64,000 nt of DNA. Origin: Octopus vulgaris. Its lineage: Eukaryota. Positions 40,004 to 53,605 of the stretch are shown in pieces. Each line of letters opens with the position of its first letter. The stretch's first letter is position 1. The notes under the pieces were generated by a model, which saw only the letters and a list, made by a program, of their open reading frames with translations, was not told the origin of the DNA and ran no database searches. The stretch lies in contig OX597824.1 in the NCBI GenBank assembly GCA_951406725.2, positions 13,144,001 to 13,208,000 on the forward strand, given 5' to 3'. A program made the position numbers and the translations under genes.

Positions 40004-40659
40004 ATGCATGCATGCGTATATATGTATATGTGTGTGGACATGTGTGTACGCGTGTTTGTGTGTATGTAAGTTTAGTTGCTAACCCTGAAGGAAAGAGCAA
40101 TGCCTATGATTCTTGCAAGCCCTCGTTGACCAATGAGCGTGATGCGGGTCATATTTCGTTTGAATAGGCGCAGATAAACACTCGCACTAAAGTGTTCTGG
40201 GCCGAAGTTCTGAGGAGAAAGCAGGACATATTGCACTAACGGAAATGCCCAAGCTTCTGGGCTAGAGGCGCACTGTCTATTCTCTTTCTGTCTGTTCCAT
40301 GATTACTATAATTAGTTCGGAAACTTCATTGGACTCGTAACTCAGTCCTTCAAACAACCACAACCCTGTTCTCTTCCCACCTTTCGTCACACTCGTTACG
40401 TCCTTCCCCCCACCTGATCCCATACTAAGCAATATGTCCTGCTTTCTCCTCAGAACTTCGGCCCAGAACACTTTAGTGCGAGTGTTTATCTGCGCCTATT
40501 CAAACGAAATATGACCCGCATCACGCTCATTGGTCAACGAGGGCTTGCAAGAATCATAGGCATTGCCCTTTCCTTCAGGTTTAGCAACTAAACTTACATA
40601 CACACAAACACGCGTACACACATGTACACACACATATACATATATACGCATGCATGCAT
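40004..40659. repeat. ~230-bp inverted repeat (40004-40234 / 40429-40659), extended by complementary (TATG)n/(CATA)n tracts
   Basis: Near-identical reverse complements; a second arm pair at 39221-39274 / 40234-40287. Confidence 0.9.
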
Positions 40660-40780
40660 TCATATATACATATACACACATACATACATACATACATACA
40701 TACATACACACACACATACATACATACATACATACATACATACATACCTACATACATACATACACACATACATACATACA

Positions 40781-40856
<76 letters not shown>

Positions 40857-41356
40857 ATATATATATGTGTGTGTGTGTATGTATATATACATAAATAAGA
40901 GAGAGGAAAAGGAATTTATAGGTATTTGACAGCAACACTACAGTTTTCAAATGACTTACTTTTTCCAGCATGATTTCTACCATTCACACAAGGTTACTTA
41001 TTTCAAGGGTTGGAGTACATTTCACTGCATTGATTCCAGTTCATGATTGATACTTGTTTTATCAACGCTGGCTGGAAATTAAAGAAAAACGAAAAAATCG
41101 ATGATGGCGATGTTTGAAATCAGAATTAAAAAAATCTATAATGGGTATAGCTAAATATCAATAAATAGGTACGGGGACTAAAACCTCGGAGAATGGTTAT
41201 AATCGATCATATCGACATCAGTACTTTATTGTATTCCTTGTGCACACACAGACACAAGCTAACCTCGGTGGGTTTTGAACTCTGAACCTAAAGGGGTGTT
41301 AATGTCGATAGAATTTTTTTTCGTCTCTTTTCCACCTTCCATGCCCGTTCGATAGT

Positions 41357-41760
41357 TACTCTTTTACTTGTTCCAGTCATTTGACTGTAGCCATGCTGGA
41401 GCACTGCCTTTAGTCGAGCAAATCGACCCCCAGGACTTATTCTTTGTAAGCCTAGTACTTATTCCATCAGCCTCTTTTGCCGAACCGCTAAGTTACGCGG
41501 ACGTAAACACACCAGCATCGGTTGTCAAGCGATGTTGGGGGGGTGGGGGACAAACACAGACACACACACACACATACACATATATATATACACATATATA
41601 CGACGGGCTTCTTTTCAGTTTCCGTCTACCAAATCCATTCACAAGGCTTTGGTCGGCCCGAGGCTATAGTAGAAGACACCTGCCGAAGGTGCCACGCAGT
41701 GTGAATGGACCCGGAACCATGTGGTTCGTAAGCAAGCTACTTACCACTCAGCCACTCCTA
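41357..41760 (-). mobile_element. SINE family B
   Basis: Homologue of 12871-13320. Confidence 0.85.
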
Positions 41761-42408
41761 ATCCTAGAATATTTAATATTTAACATAAACAGACAGCAAA
41801 AAATTTTGAGGATGAAATCTATTTCAATCTGCCTAGAATTTTGGAGTACGTTACAGAGACATCTACTGGAAACTATTATAGTTACGTCTCTAAATCCCTT
41901 AAAAGTGAATAAGACTCACATTTTTCCAATTTTCATTTCCCGAAAATGCAAGGTAGTTAGTAACAAGCAAAAATAATCAATACGTAGCGTGTATGAATTT
42001 GTTGCTTATCGATCAGGTGACGGAATATGTCTTCGCTGCACAAAATAATTTATGGGGATATAAAATTCAATCACTGGTTACTACGGAGGTAATGTTGGTT
42101 GTAGTAAAATGCTTGCTGTTCACATGACTAAATGTATTCTTCCTAATATGTGTGTATATGTACCGGTGTGTGTGTGTGTATGTGTAAAAGATGTTTCAAG
42201 AAGAGAAGGGGTCTAAAAATAGTGAGAGAAAAGACAGCAATAACTTGACTTATAGATTATGTTATATTGGTTTTTTTTTATTGCATTGTTCAGCGCAAAT
42301 ACTTTCTGTAGAAAACAAATTAGTTTCTATACATATTGAAAACTTTGAAGTTTGAATCGCCATTGATAATAACAGGATTGTTATATTTGAAATTCTGTCT
42401 TTTGTTTT

Positions 42409-42441
<33 letters not shown>

Positions 42442-42809
42442 CGATTGTGGCGAGAATTGAGGAACAGACGTTAACCTGATAAAGAAGAGAATCTGGTAGC
42501 CGTTTGCAATTTATTGTTGAAGACAATCACCTTTTCTTACTAAATCACTAATTCAATTTAAGAAATAAATATCCCTAAATCTAGTTTACGTGTCTCATGG
42601 AAATATATGGAATAGGTTTAGCAAAAGAAAACCGATATTTTGTAGTGACTGTACATATGACTCCTTTCTATGTGACCAGATAAACAAAAGCCAAGTAATA
42701 CAAAGCTTAGTTCGATATCTCTGCAAGAGATTCAACAGTATTAGATTATATCAACAACCGTAAGCACATACAGTATGTTTCTATTTTAGGTGAAAGGTCG
42801 TAGAAATTA

Positions 42810-43043
42810 AGGCGGCCGGCTGGCAGAAACGTTAGCACGCCGGGCGAAATGTGTAGTCGTATTTCGTCTGCCGTTACGTTCTGAGTTCAAATTCCGCCGA
42901 GGTCGACTTTGCCTTTCATCCTTTCGGGGTCGATAAATTAAGTACCAGTTATACACTGGGGTCGATATAATCGACTTAATCCGTTTGTCCGTCCTTGTTC
43001 GTCCCCTCTGTGTAGCTCCTTCTGGGTAGTAAAGAAATAAGAA
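42810..43043 (+). mobile_element. SINE family A
   Basis: Full head-core-tail. Confidence 0.88.
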
Positions 43044-43918
43044 ACATATAGATGGACATCTTTAACATTGAACAAGAGTTACCAAACAAGCATCTTGGTC
43101 AGGCTCTTCAACGCATTATTTTCGCTCCTTCAATATTTTTCTTGCTGCACAAACAAGACACCCATAACTTTTGCTGACTGAATGCTGACGTAGTCGTTAA
43201 ATATAATATATCTATCATGTTATAATATATATCTAGAGGTTAGATATACTCTAACCACTAGATATATATTATAACATTGGCACAAGGCTAGAAAATTCGG
43301 GTGAGAGGATAGGGCTGCATCTCTATATTGACTAAGCGCTCACAAATGCTATACCCAGTTATGGGGAATAAATAAGAAGCTCTCCTTCTGTCTACTACTA
43401 GCTTCCTAATTAAAGCCGGTGGGTATTGGAGATTTTATAAATATATTCTGTCTCATTCATTAATTTATATAGGAGCAGTGCTTCCGAGTCTTAAGATATA
43501 GACCGATATCTAAGACATTAGTTGTCGAATACGCGGAGATAGATTAAAGCTGCAATCTTTGAATATTTCTATCATGTCTCTTCTATGGCCATTAATAGTG
43601 TGTTAAACTGTCATTCTGTCATCCAGCTCTGTACAAATCTTCATGTTGAAGCTTCTGTTCTGGGAGTGTTCAGAGAGTAACAATCACAATCGGTCACCTT
43701 CTTCAGCACAGTAGTAACGCAACGTGGAAGCTTTGAGTAGTGTGTCTCCCTCCTGAATGACCCAATAAGAATGGTCAATCCATAATATTTTTGCGCGTTC
43801 TTCACTATTTCAATATCGAGATGGTTCATGGGAGCAAATTGAGGCTTTCAGTGAGAGAATTTTCAGATCGTTGGGAATTTGCAGGCAGCTATAATTCCAA
43901 TGCACACAGGCACGCACG

Positions 43919-43993
<75 letters not shown>

Positions 43994-45435
43994 GCACGCA
44001 CGCATGCACGCACGCATAAACGCATATGTAAATAAATATATGGAATGTATGTTTGTATTTCTGTATGTATGTATATATGTATGTATGTATATGTATATAT
44101 TTAATGTATCGCTGTGTCCATACATTCATACACATACATATACACAGGAATGGTACACATATGAATGAATCTGGACTGCTTTCTGAGATATTTACCCCAA
44201 TTACCATCTGCTGCAGTGAAGCCAAATTATAGTGATTGTACTCCAAATAAATAGACATTGAATTAACAAAGCGAAACAATACACAAATTTAATGTAACAA
44301 GTGAAATTCATAGAAAGTGACAGACAGATTACTCTCTCCTTCCTTCCCTCTCTTCGTCTCTTCCTCTCTCCCTCTTCCTCAATCTCTCACTATTTCTCTT
44401 TGCCTTTTTCTCTCTTGTCTTTCCTTTTATTTTTTTTCCCTCGTCTTTTCATCTTTTCATGTTTACCAATTTCACATCCTGATTAGTAAATTGTAGCTTG
44501 TTTACTAATAGCGTTCTGCAATTGTTAATACCGACAACCTGACATGCATATACGTATTTTCTATTGATCTATGAACATAGCTGCTTATTCTAACTTTACC
44601 GAACCAAACCGAACCATACCAAAACAAATATTCCTAGAGCTAATTGTACATATGTCGATAGTTAGCGTACCTCCCAAGACTTCTTTTAACGAGAATTAGG
44701 CCTGGTAGATTCGAAAGAGAAAATAGTTTAATTGCAGAACAAGCAAAAGGTATTTCAACTAAGAAGTGCACACTGTGTAAACCGACTAAAATTTCCACAT
44801 ATCATGGCAAGAATTTCTATAATTCTACATAATAATGGGACTCAGTAGTATGGACGTGTTCGGTTGAGGTTCATACACCGTAGCGCCGTTGTCTTATGCT
44901 ATCGGCTATAATACAGCATCAATTAATTAGTACTATAAAGTCCGTACTTAAGGTGACGAGCTGACAGAAGCGTTAGCACGCCTACCAAAATACTTAGCGG
45001 TTTTTCGTCCCTCTTTATGTTATGAAGTTTAAATTTCTCCGGCGTCATATTTTATCCGTCCAGGGGCGACTAATTACCGGTCGATCACGGGGATCGATGT
45101 AATCAACTTATCCTCTATCCCTGTCAGGAGCCTTAGGACCCATAAGACATTACCTGGTTTCCATAACGTATAAGTGACAGAGATTACTACACTGTCCCAA
45201 ACACTGGATTGCTGGAGCTTATTTACAAATGAGTGGATTGGAGCTAAGTGAAATGAGGTCTTTTACTCAAGAACGTAATGCACCACCGAGCCCAGAATTC
45301 GAAACCATGTTCCTAAGATCATGAAGGCAACACCATATCCACAAAGCCACACGCCTTCACATGGATGGATTGTACGTGTAATTTATAAATCAGTTTTTCT
45401 CACGTGCAACAAGCTAATTCTAATTGAGGATTACA

Positions 45436-45930
45436 TTAAGAGTATTAAGATTAAGAGTATTAAGATTAAGATTATTAAGATTAAGATTATTAAGATTAAG
45501 ATTATTAAGAGTACTAAGATTATTAAGATTAAGATTATTAAGATTAAGATTATTAAGATTATTAAGATTATTATTATTAAGATTAAGAGTATTAAGAGTA
45601 TTAAGATTATTAAGATTATTGAGATTAAGATTATTAAGAGTACTAAGATTGTCAAGATTAAGATTATTAAGAGTACTAAGATTATTAAGATTAAGATTAT
45701 TAAGATTATTAAGATTATTATTATTAAGATTAAGAGTATTAAGATTATTAATATTATTAAGATTATTAAGATTATTGAGATTAAGATTATTAAGAGTACT
45801 AAGATTGTCAAGATGAAGATTATTAAGATTATTAAGATTATTAAGATTATTATTATTAAGATTAAGAGTATTAAGATTATTAAGATTATTAAGATTATTA
45901 CGATTAAGATTATTAAGATTATTACGATTA
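45436..45930. repeat. Composite (TTAAGA)/(TTA) minisatellite with a 156-bp higher-order duplication
   Basis: Units ttaaga, ttattaaga and gtattaaga; the marker gtcaag occurs at 45651 and 45807. Confidence 0.9.
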
Positions 45931-46154
45931 AGTTTACATTATATTAAGAGTACACATACCTGTGAAATGTTCAGCTGCATACGCATTAATTGAACGAACA
46001 GACCGCTCAGTATGACTGAATGGTTGAAAACTCTTCGTTGAAATTGATGCTAATCCATTAGGTTCATTTAGTACTGCTGTAAATTCACTTAGTATTACTG
46101 TGCGTTTACTCATTACGGTTGCACATTCGTATTTAATTGTTAGTTGTTAGTTGT

Positions 46155-46369
46155 CGGAGCACTGCATCCTTCAAACCTTCCATGCTTCCTGAGATTCGCC
46201 AACACTATACCTGATTGTCTCCCCATCATACACACGCAAGCATGTATCTGACTCGTACACTGTTCACTTTCCAGACATTTGTACATTAATGCATGTGCTT
46301 CACACGCACTTTTGACAAGTTGTAGTGCACCTGACCACTGTATACAATAATTTCATTATTATTATTATT
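46155..46369 (+). mobile_element. Probable LINE 3' end (L2/CR1-like) with (ATT)n tail
   Basis: Ends gtgcacctgaccactgtatacaataatttc(att)n, resembling a LINE 3' stem-loop plus short-repeat tail. Confidence 0.35.
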
Positions 46370-46627
46370 CTATGTTTGACTTTTGCTTTATGTCTGTACA
46401 AGTTGGCTCCAAGTCTCACCCAGAGACCTCAAGAGACAACAGGTTGGAAGTTATGAGCCATATATTTGGGGGGTTTTTTTGGTGTTGTACTAGTGAATGT
46501 TTAATACATAAAAAAAAATAAATAAATTAAAAAAAAAATAAATAAAAAGTTTGTTTTAAACCTTGGGATTACATAGAGAGTATTTTGCGTTGGATATGAG
46601 CAGTTCCCATGAGCACTATCTTTTGAA

Positions 46628-46630
<3 letters not shown>
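46370..46630 (-). mobile_element. R4/Dong-clade LINE extreme 3' end (different subfamily)
   Basis: Minus strand IQKIVLMGTAHIQRKILSM* parallels VQKIALTGTSHVLRRALSM* of 5766-6302; (TTA)n on both sides. Confidence 0.75.
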
Positions 46631-46673
<43 letters not shown>

Positions 46674-48161
46674 TATTTCATTTCGTATAATTGTTGGTTC
46701 ATTTACGTAGTACCGTAGTAGCTTCGATTAGAGTCATTGTGCATTCACATAGTACTGCTTTACTTTCACTCAGTACTGTTGCACTGCAGGTTTGAACTAT
46801 TTTGCTTCCGCTTAGTGAGGGTGTACGAGCTAAGTCAACATCCACTACAACTCCGTATCGATTCTTTATCTGAAATGAAGATACAAAACGAAAGAAAAAA
46901 CAAAAAAAAAGCAGAAACACAGCGTGTCTCCTTTTAACCTTTCATCTATTCTTATACTGTCCATCATTAGTTATTTCCAACAATTATGTCTTATAGTCAA
47001 GGAAGCAGTAGAAATACACAGAATTAATATTTCAAAACGCGTTCTGTAAACTTCGTAGTGGAATATTATAGACATAAAAGGTAAGTAAATTACACAAAGA
47101 CGAAAATGACGAAATTAAAGATGAAAAGAATCTTCGGCCACAAATGATTCTTTGTAGTTTTACGAGAATCAGAAATGGAAATGCGTATGACGAGAAAGAA
47201 GTAAGACCTTTAAGAATTTCGCAAACTTACTAAGAGTGCAGTGTAACATACGAAACCCGCTAAGTGGCTAAGATATCGAGAAGATAACACAAGATATCAG
47301 TGAAGATAACACAACATGAGATATTTAATAAAGTTAAGGAATGTATGACTCATATGTTATATCGTTACTTTTGTACAGATTCTAGTAATTGTCGAAAACT
47401 AGTTGTTCCATATATGCGTAAATATGGTAATACATTCATTCATTTTACAAAATATTTGCATTGCTCACAGCTTGAAATGTAATGAAGAAGAAATGTAATG
47501 AAATTTTCGTTCCGTTAGCTCCTAGACAGCGATATTTAATATTTAATATACGCATATTAGAAATATCAAAACATTAGTACGATCAACATGCAGGAGTATC
47601 TAAATATTAATATCGTAACCAAGACAGATATTGGATATAATTTTTGCTTTGTCAGATTATGCAAAGACTGTATTTGCACGATTTAACAAGAGTACATACA
47701 TGATATTCTCATAGCAAACTGTTGTTATGAAGAAACAGTGAATAACTTCCATGTTTAGAAGTGTACTAGAGATTTGAATAAACTTGACAACAGAGCTCCA
47801 GACTCTGTGTGTTTCGTATACATATACATATGCATACACACACACACACACACACACATACGCACATACAAACACATGCACACGCACACACACACACACA
47901 CGCACACACACACACACACACGCACACACACACATGTATCGTTAGTGGATCATATATATGAAAAACAAGCACACTCTAAATGTTAGAGCAGTAAAATATT
48001 TACAGGAAATTTATCATTTTGCCGGTCATAGAGTGACCAACAGTTTCGCATATAAGGCTAAGCGGTGCATGGATGCGAAACCATTAGTCACCGGCCATAT
48101 AATTAACTTCTTTTAAGCATATATATATATTTATAAATATATAAATATACATATAACATAG

Positions 48162-48221
<60 letters not shown>

Positions 48222-48286
48222 GTATGCTATATGTATGTATGTATGAATGTATGTATATATATATATATATATATATACATATGTTA

Positions 48287-48367
<81 letters not shown>

Positions 48368-48471
48368 AATCCAAACAAGAAAGCACAAAAAAACACAACA
48401 ACGCGAGGATGTGGAACAAATATAGTATTATTGGACGCTCAGGAAAGAAGGAAAGAAGGAGGGTATATGTA

Positions 48472-48540
<69 letters not shown>

Positions 48541-48575
48541 CTCTATCTATCTCTATCTATCTATCTATCTATCTA

Positions 48576-48635
<60 letters not shown>

Positions 48636-49097
48636 TATATCGGGATGGACGTGTTTTTGCCCATTTAAACACACGCACTATATGTTTGGGATATACTTCA
48701 AATTTATCATTATTTTTGAAGCAGAAACAAAACAAAAATACAAAGGTAATAGTAATAAAGCTATAATGAAGATAAATTAACTAGTGCGTGTGTTTTCGTG
48801 GCAAAATAAGATCATCTCCAAATATAACAATGTCTGTTTCAACATGCCACTTCACATCACCAATCTTGCAAAACACATACACACACAAACGCCCGTTCGC
48901 CCGCGCACACATACACATACACACATGCACCTAACAACCGCGCACATGTATATCAATTTAATCGGCAGAAATTGCAAAAAATGACTAATGTGGCGACTTT
49001 TTAATTACATGGACATAAATCTCGACTCTTGAGATTAAAAATAAATGTACTCATGTCTTGAATTCTATTTTTCTGCTTCTTTACTAAACCTGTAGCC

Positions 49098-49128
<31 letters not shown>

Positions 49129-49323
49129 TGTATGTATGTATGTATGTATGTATGTATGTATGTATGTATGTATGTATGCATGTATGTATGCATGTATGTA
49201 TGCATGTATGTATGTATGTAAGTATATATGTATATACATATATACATACATATATATATATATATAATTATGTGTGAGTGTCTATATATGTATATACACA
49301 TACATATATATATGTATATATAT

Positions 49324-49394
<71 letters not shown>

Positions 49395-49397
<3 letters not shown>

Positions 49398-50555
49398 TAG
49401 TTGGACAAGATAATGGAAGCACCTATCATCATAGCATCATCATTTTGAAATACCAATAAAACAATCAAAATCTTGTTCATTTTTATGTTTTTTTATTTAT
49501 TATTAGTTTTGCTGAATATGTTTTGCTAAGATTGCTGCTTCTTTTCAGATATTATCAGAAAAAGGTAATTAAAATTCATTAAAATGACAGATCTATCGTA
49601 AGGAAAAACAGCCGAAATGTTTGGTGTATCAAGAAGTACTGTCTCGAATGTAATTACAGCCTTTGAAAAACCTCCCCGTCGAAATAAAACACCGGAAGAA
49701 AACCAAAACTTTCAGATAGGAACCTGCGGACTCTTACGCGAATTGTTAGAAAGGATCACAAAAGTACAGCTCTCAAATTTACTGCAGAGTTTAATGACCA
49801 CCTCGTGAACCAAGTTTCCACAAAAACTGTTCCCCGGGAGCTGCACAAAGCCAGATTTCATGGGAGGGCTGCAATCAGAAAAGTACTACTTTCCAAAACA
49901 AATGTTGCAAAGCGTTTAGAGTAGAGTGAAAACCTACAGAATTGGTCCCTAGAGGAGTGGAAGAATGTTATTTTCTCGGATGAGTCATCCTTTACCTTAT
50001 TTCCGGTCACCGGCCGAGTATACGTGTGGAGACAGCCAAAAGAATCATTTGACCCAGACTGCCTTCTTCCAACTATTAAACAAGGAGGGAGGTCTGTGAT
50101 GATCTGGGGGGTTATATCTTAGAAATCCGCCGGCCTAATGTTTTCCCTTCATGGCAGAATTAATACTCAAGACTTTTTAAGCATTTTATCCAAACAAATA
50201 CATCCTTTGGTTACGGAACTGTTTCCGAGGGGGGGGGGGTCGCAATCTTTCAGGCTGATAATGCACCAATTAACACAGCTCAAGTTGAACATCTTATCTG
50301 GCTCAGATCTCAATATTATTGAACATTTATGGTGTATTTTAGAAAAACAAGTAAGGAGTCGATATCCTCCACAATCATCACTACAAGAACTGGAGACTGT
50401 TTTAGCAGACAAAAGGAACAAAAATTGTTTTTTGGTAAAAGATTAAAACTTTGTACGAGTCCATACCTCGTAGAATTCAAGCTATAATTACTGGTAAAGA
50501 TGGTCCTACCCCATATTAAAAAAAATTGTTTGAAATTTTAAGGTGTTTCGATTAT
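49395..50555 (+). mobile_element. Decayed Tc1-like DNA transposon (transposase pseudogene ~49584-50519)
   Basis: TA|cagtagttggacaagataatggaagcacct left TIR; partial right TIR aggtgtttcgattat; HTH MFGVSRSTVS, WKNVIFSDES, VMIWG, FQADNAP and DLNIIEHLW motifs, with stops and frameshifts. Confidence 0.88.
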
Positions 50556-50572
50556 ACACTACACACACATAG

Positions 50573-50632
<60 letters not shown>

Positions 50633-50679
50633 ATATATATATGATTATGATATATATGTAATATGTATATATAATTATG

Positions 50680-50717
<38 letters not shown>

Positions 50718-50943
50718 AGAGAAAAAGAACTTGTTTTAAATCCCTGAGCGTGAGGTATACAGTAACAGTACTGGATAGTAATGTTTATATGCCAACAGAA
50801 TGCATCTGTCCTATAAAGGACGATCACACTGTCATTTTAGCCCCAGGAACACATCTTTTCTAGCTGGCTATCGACACGCAGTTTGTTTTCATATAGTATT
50901 TGCAAGGGAGGTCATAGCTCTCATCTCTAGCCTTACATGATTA

Positions 50944-50986
50944 CCACAGAACTAGGTTTCTGGATGTTATCTGTCCTCAGCGTGAG
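50944..50986 (-). ncRNA. Type I hammerhead motif (decayed)
   Basis: Minus strand reads ctcacg CTGAGGA cagataacatcca GAAAC ctag TTC tgtgg; intact core boxes, weakened helices. Confidence 0.55.
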
Positions 50987-51450
50987 ACAACCTCAGGCTA
51001 GTGGTGAAAGCACTCTCCACTTCCGAATACTATATACTTTTTAAGCGACACATCGTTGCTGATCTAGTATAGAGAAAAACTACTTGTTTTAAATCACTGG
51101 GCGGGAGATTTACAGTAACAGTACCGGATAGTAGGTCTGTGAGTATTCCGTAAGGCTAGAGATTGGAGCGATGACTTCCCTTGCAAATCCTATACGGGCA
51201 CAAACTGTGTCGATAGCCAACTGGAAAAGATGCTTTCCTGGGGCTAAAACAGCAGTAACATCGTCCTTTATAGGACTGCCATATTCTGTTAGCATATAAA
51301 CATTACTATCCGGTACTATTACTGGATATCTGTCGCTCAGAGATTTAAAACAAGTTGTTTTTCTATATACGAGATCAGTGAATGTGTGTCGCTTAAGAAA
51401 TATATAGTAATCCGAAGTGGAGAGAGCTTTCGTCACTAGCTTATGGTAAT

Positions 51451-51494
51451 CTCACACTGAGGACGGATAATCACCAGGAACCTAGGTCTGTGAG
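51451..51494 (+). ncRNA. Type I hammerhead motif; predicted cleavage after C51488
   Basis: ctcaca CTGAGGA cggataatcacca GGAAC ctag GTC tgtgag; perfect 6-bp helix I; GGAA replaces GAAA in this copy. Confidence 0.62.
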
Positions 51495-51713
51495 TATCAC
51501 GTTAAGCCAGAGATGGGAGCGATGAACTCCCTTGCAAATGCTATACGGACACAAACTGTGTGTCAATAGCTAACTGGAAAAGATGTTTTCTTGGGGCTAA
51601 AACAACAGTAACACACACACATATATATATACAGATACATGCAATACATATATATATACATACGTACATATATACATAAATATATATATATATGTTATAT
51701 ATATATATACATG

Positions 51714-51762
<49 letters not shown>

Positions 51763-51893
51763 TATATTTACATAATATACATGCATTATATTTTATATAT
51801 TTATTTATATATATATATATATATACATACGTACATACATTTATACATAAATGTATATATATATATGGTTATATTTATATAATATACATGCAT

Positions 51894-51925
<32 letters not shown>

Positions 51926-52177
51926 TTAAATTGTTATACGATACTACGATACACTCGTGCACACACACACACACACACAAGTAATGCATTAATATATTTA
52001 TAAATATACATATAGCGTGCGTGATAATATATCCCGAATACGTAACACTTGATGCAAATATGTCGAATAATGTATTTTGCTATGAATGTAATTATAGTAA
52101 GATTGCTATTAGTGAAGATCTGTACTTCGAATGGCACATCAAGAATCTGTCTGTTTGTCTGTCTGTCTATCTGTCTG

Positions 52178-52251
<74 letters not shown>

Positions 52252-52267
52252 GTATCTATCTATCATA

Positions 52268-52318
<51 letters not shown>

Positions 52319-52545
52319 ATGTGTGTGCTTGTGTGCGGGTGTGTGTGTGAGAGTGCATGTATATATATATATGTGTGTGTGTATATATATATATTATATA
52401 CAATTACGCTTATATATCTATGTATGTGTATATATAAGTGTAAATATATATATCTATGTGCGTGTGTGAGTGTGTGTGTTCCGCTGTATGCGTGTGTATA
52501 TGTATATGTACACATAGAAATATAACAGTATAGTTAGACACACCG

Positions 52546-52584
<39 letters not shown>

Positions 52585-53605
52585 TACACTTGTAAGCATG
52601 TTACCACATGCATACATGTATAATACATACATACGCTACTCGACTGTCACTCCAGGGATACTCGAGATCTCACTATTCATATAACTAATAATTTAAGGAC
52701 ACGTGTGCATAAGTCAACTTCTCTTTTAAGGTGTGATAATTGGTAACAAAGCACAACAGATATAATGGAGATAGGTCATAAATTATTCATAGATGTTTTA
52801 GAAACTCACTTCACATTCAGAGCATGGTTTCAAGTCTTAACATGTCGTTTTTTTTTCCTTTTTGTCATGGATTATTTCTTCTGTATATGATTATAGCGTG
52901 TTAGCAGTATCCAATATTGTAATTCCATCGATGTTTCAGTAATACGAGTAAAGAAGAATCAAGAATAATGAATGATACTGTTTGTTGGCTTGGGGCAAAA
53001 TCGGTAAGTTTGGGTCTGTAATGAGCTCCGGGACTTATAAGTCTGGCGCTTAACCCGGTTCCTATAGCGTACAAATGACTGAGATCACAATACTAACTCC
53101 TCCAATGCGACACCGGTCGGTCGCAGGGCTAACATCCCTGCTATTGTTGGAACTCATTTACAACCGACTGAACTGGAGCAACAACAACTGGTGTATTTTC
53201 CTCAAGTACACAACACAACTCTCAGTTCGGTCCGAGATCTTTCTATTCTGACAATAACAAATTTACCACTAAGCCACGCTCCTTCATACAAGAACAATTT
53301 TGTACTATAAACGATTGGTTCTGTATCGTATTCATTTCATCAACTCTAAATACCTATTAGTTCTACATGAAATTACATGGTTTCGATAAATAAAATTTGA
53401 ACGGTAAAAATATGTGACTAAACCGAATAAATATATTTTGTTAATAATACAAGCCTGATAACGCAATTAATGAAACCAATGAGATAGAATTTACAATAGA
53501 AATCGATTTTGGTTCGGTCTGGAAATTTTCGTTCTCAATAAAATTGCTATTTCTCATCAAAGTTAGAACACCGAGGAGGCATACCTTTTACTAAAAACGG
53601 GTAAC

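Larger units (their letters stand above)
50717..51612. mobile_element. Retrozyme-like array, family 2: ~351-bp units, tandem and inverted, in (TA)n/(CA)n
   Basis: gagaaaaa...cttgttttaaatc recurs at ~50719 and ~51072; ggtctgtgagtat recurs at 51134 and 51485 (351 bp apart); orientation flips at ~51132. Confidence 0.78.

Noticed and set aside
40209-40225. CTGAGGA-GAAA in the 40-kb inverted repeat
   Set aside because: No helix II and no helix I/III pairing; treated as chance
41368-41976. 202-aa ORF (also 53657-54325 and 13421-13783)
   Set aside because: Read-through of SINE and microsatellite sequence
42412-42441. Poly-T tract as a processed-pseudogene tail
   Set aside because: No TSD or recognisable ORF next to it
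45321-45947. 208-aa I/K-rich ORF, or a telomeric array
   Set aside because: Product of an in-phase satellite; TTAAGA is not the TTAGGG telomere repeat
46997-47086. Candidate 84-nt exon (ttatag acceptor, AG|GTAAGT donor)
   Set aside because: Stops in all three frames; no partner exons or expression evidence
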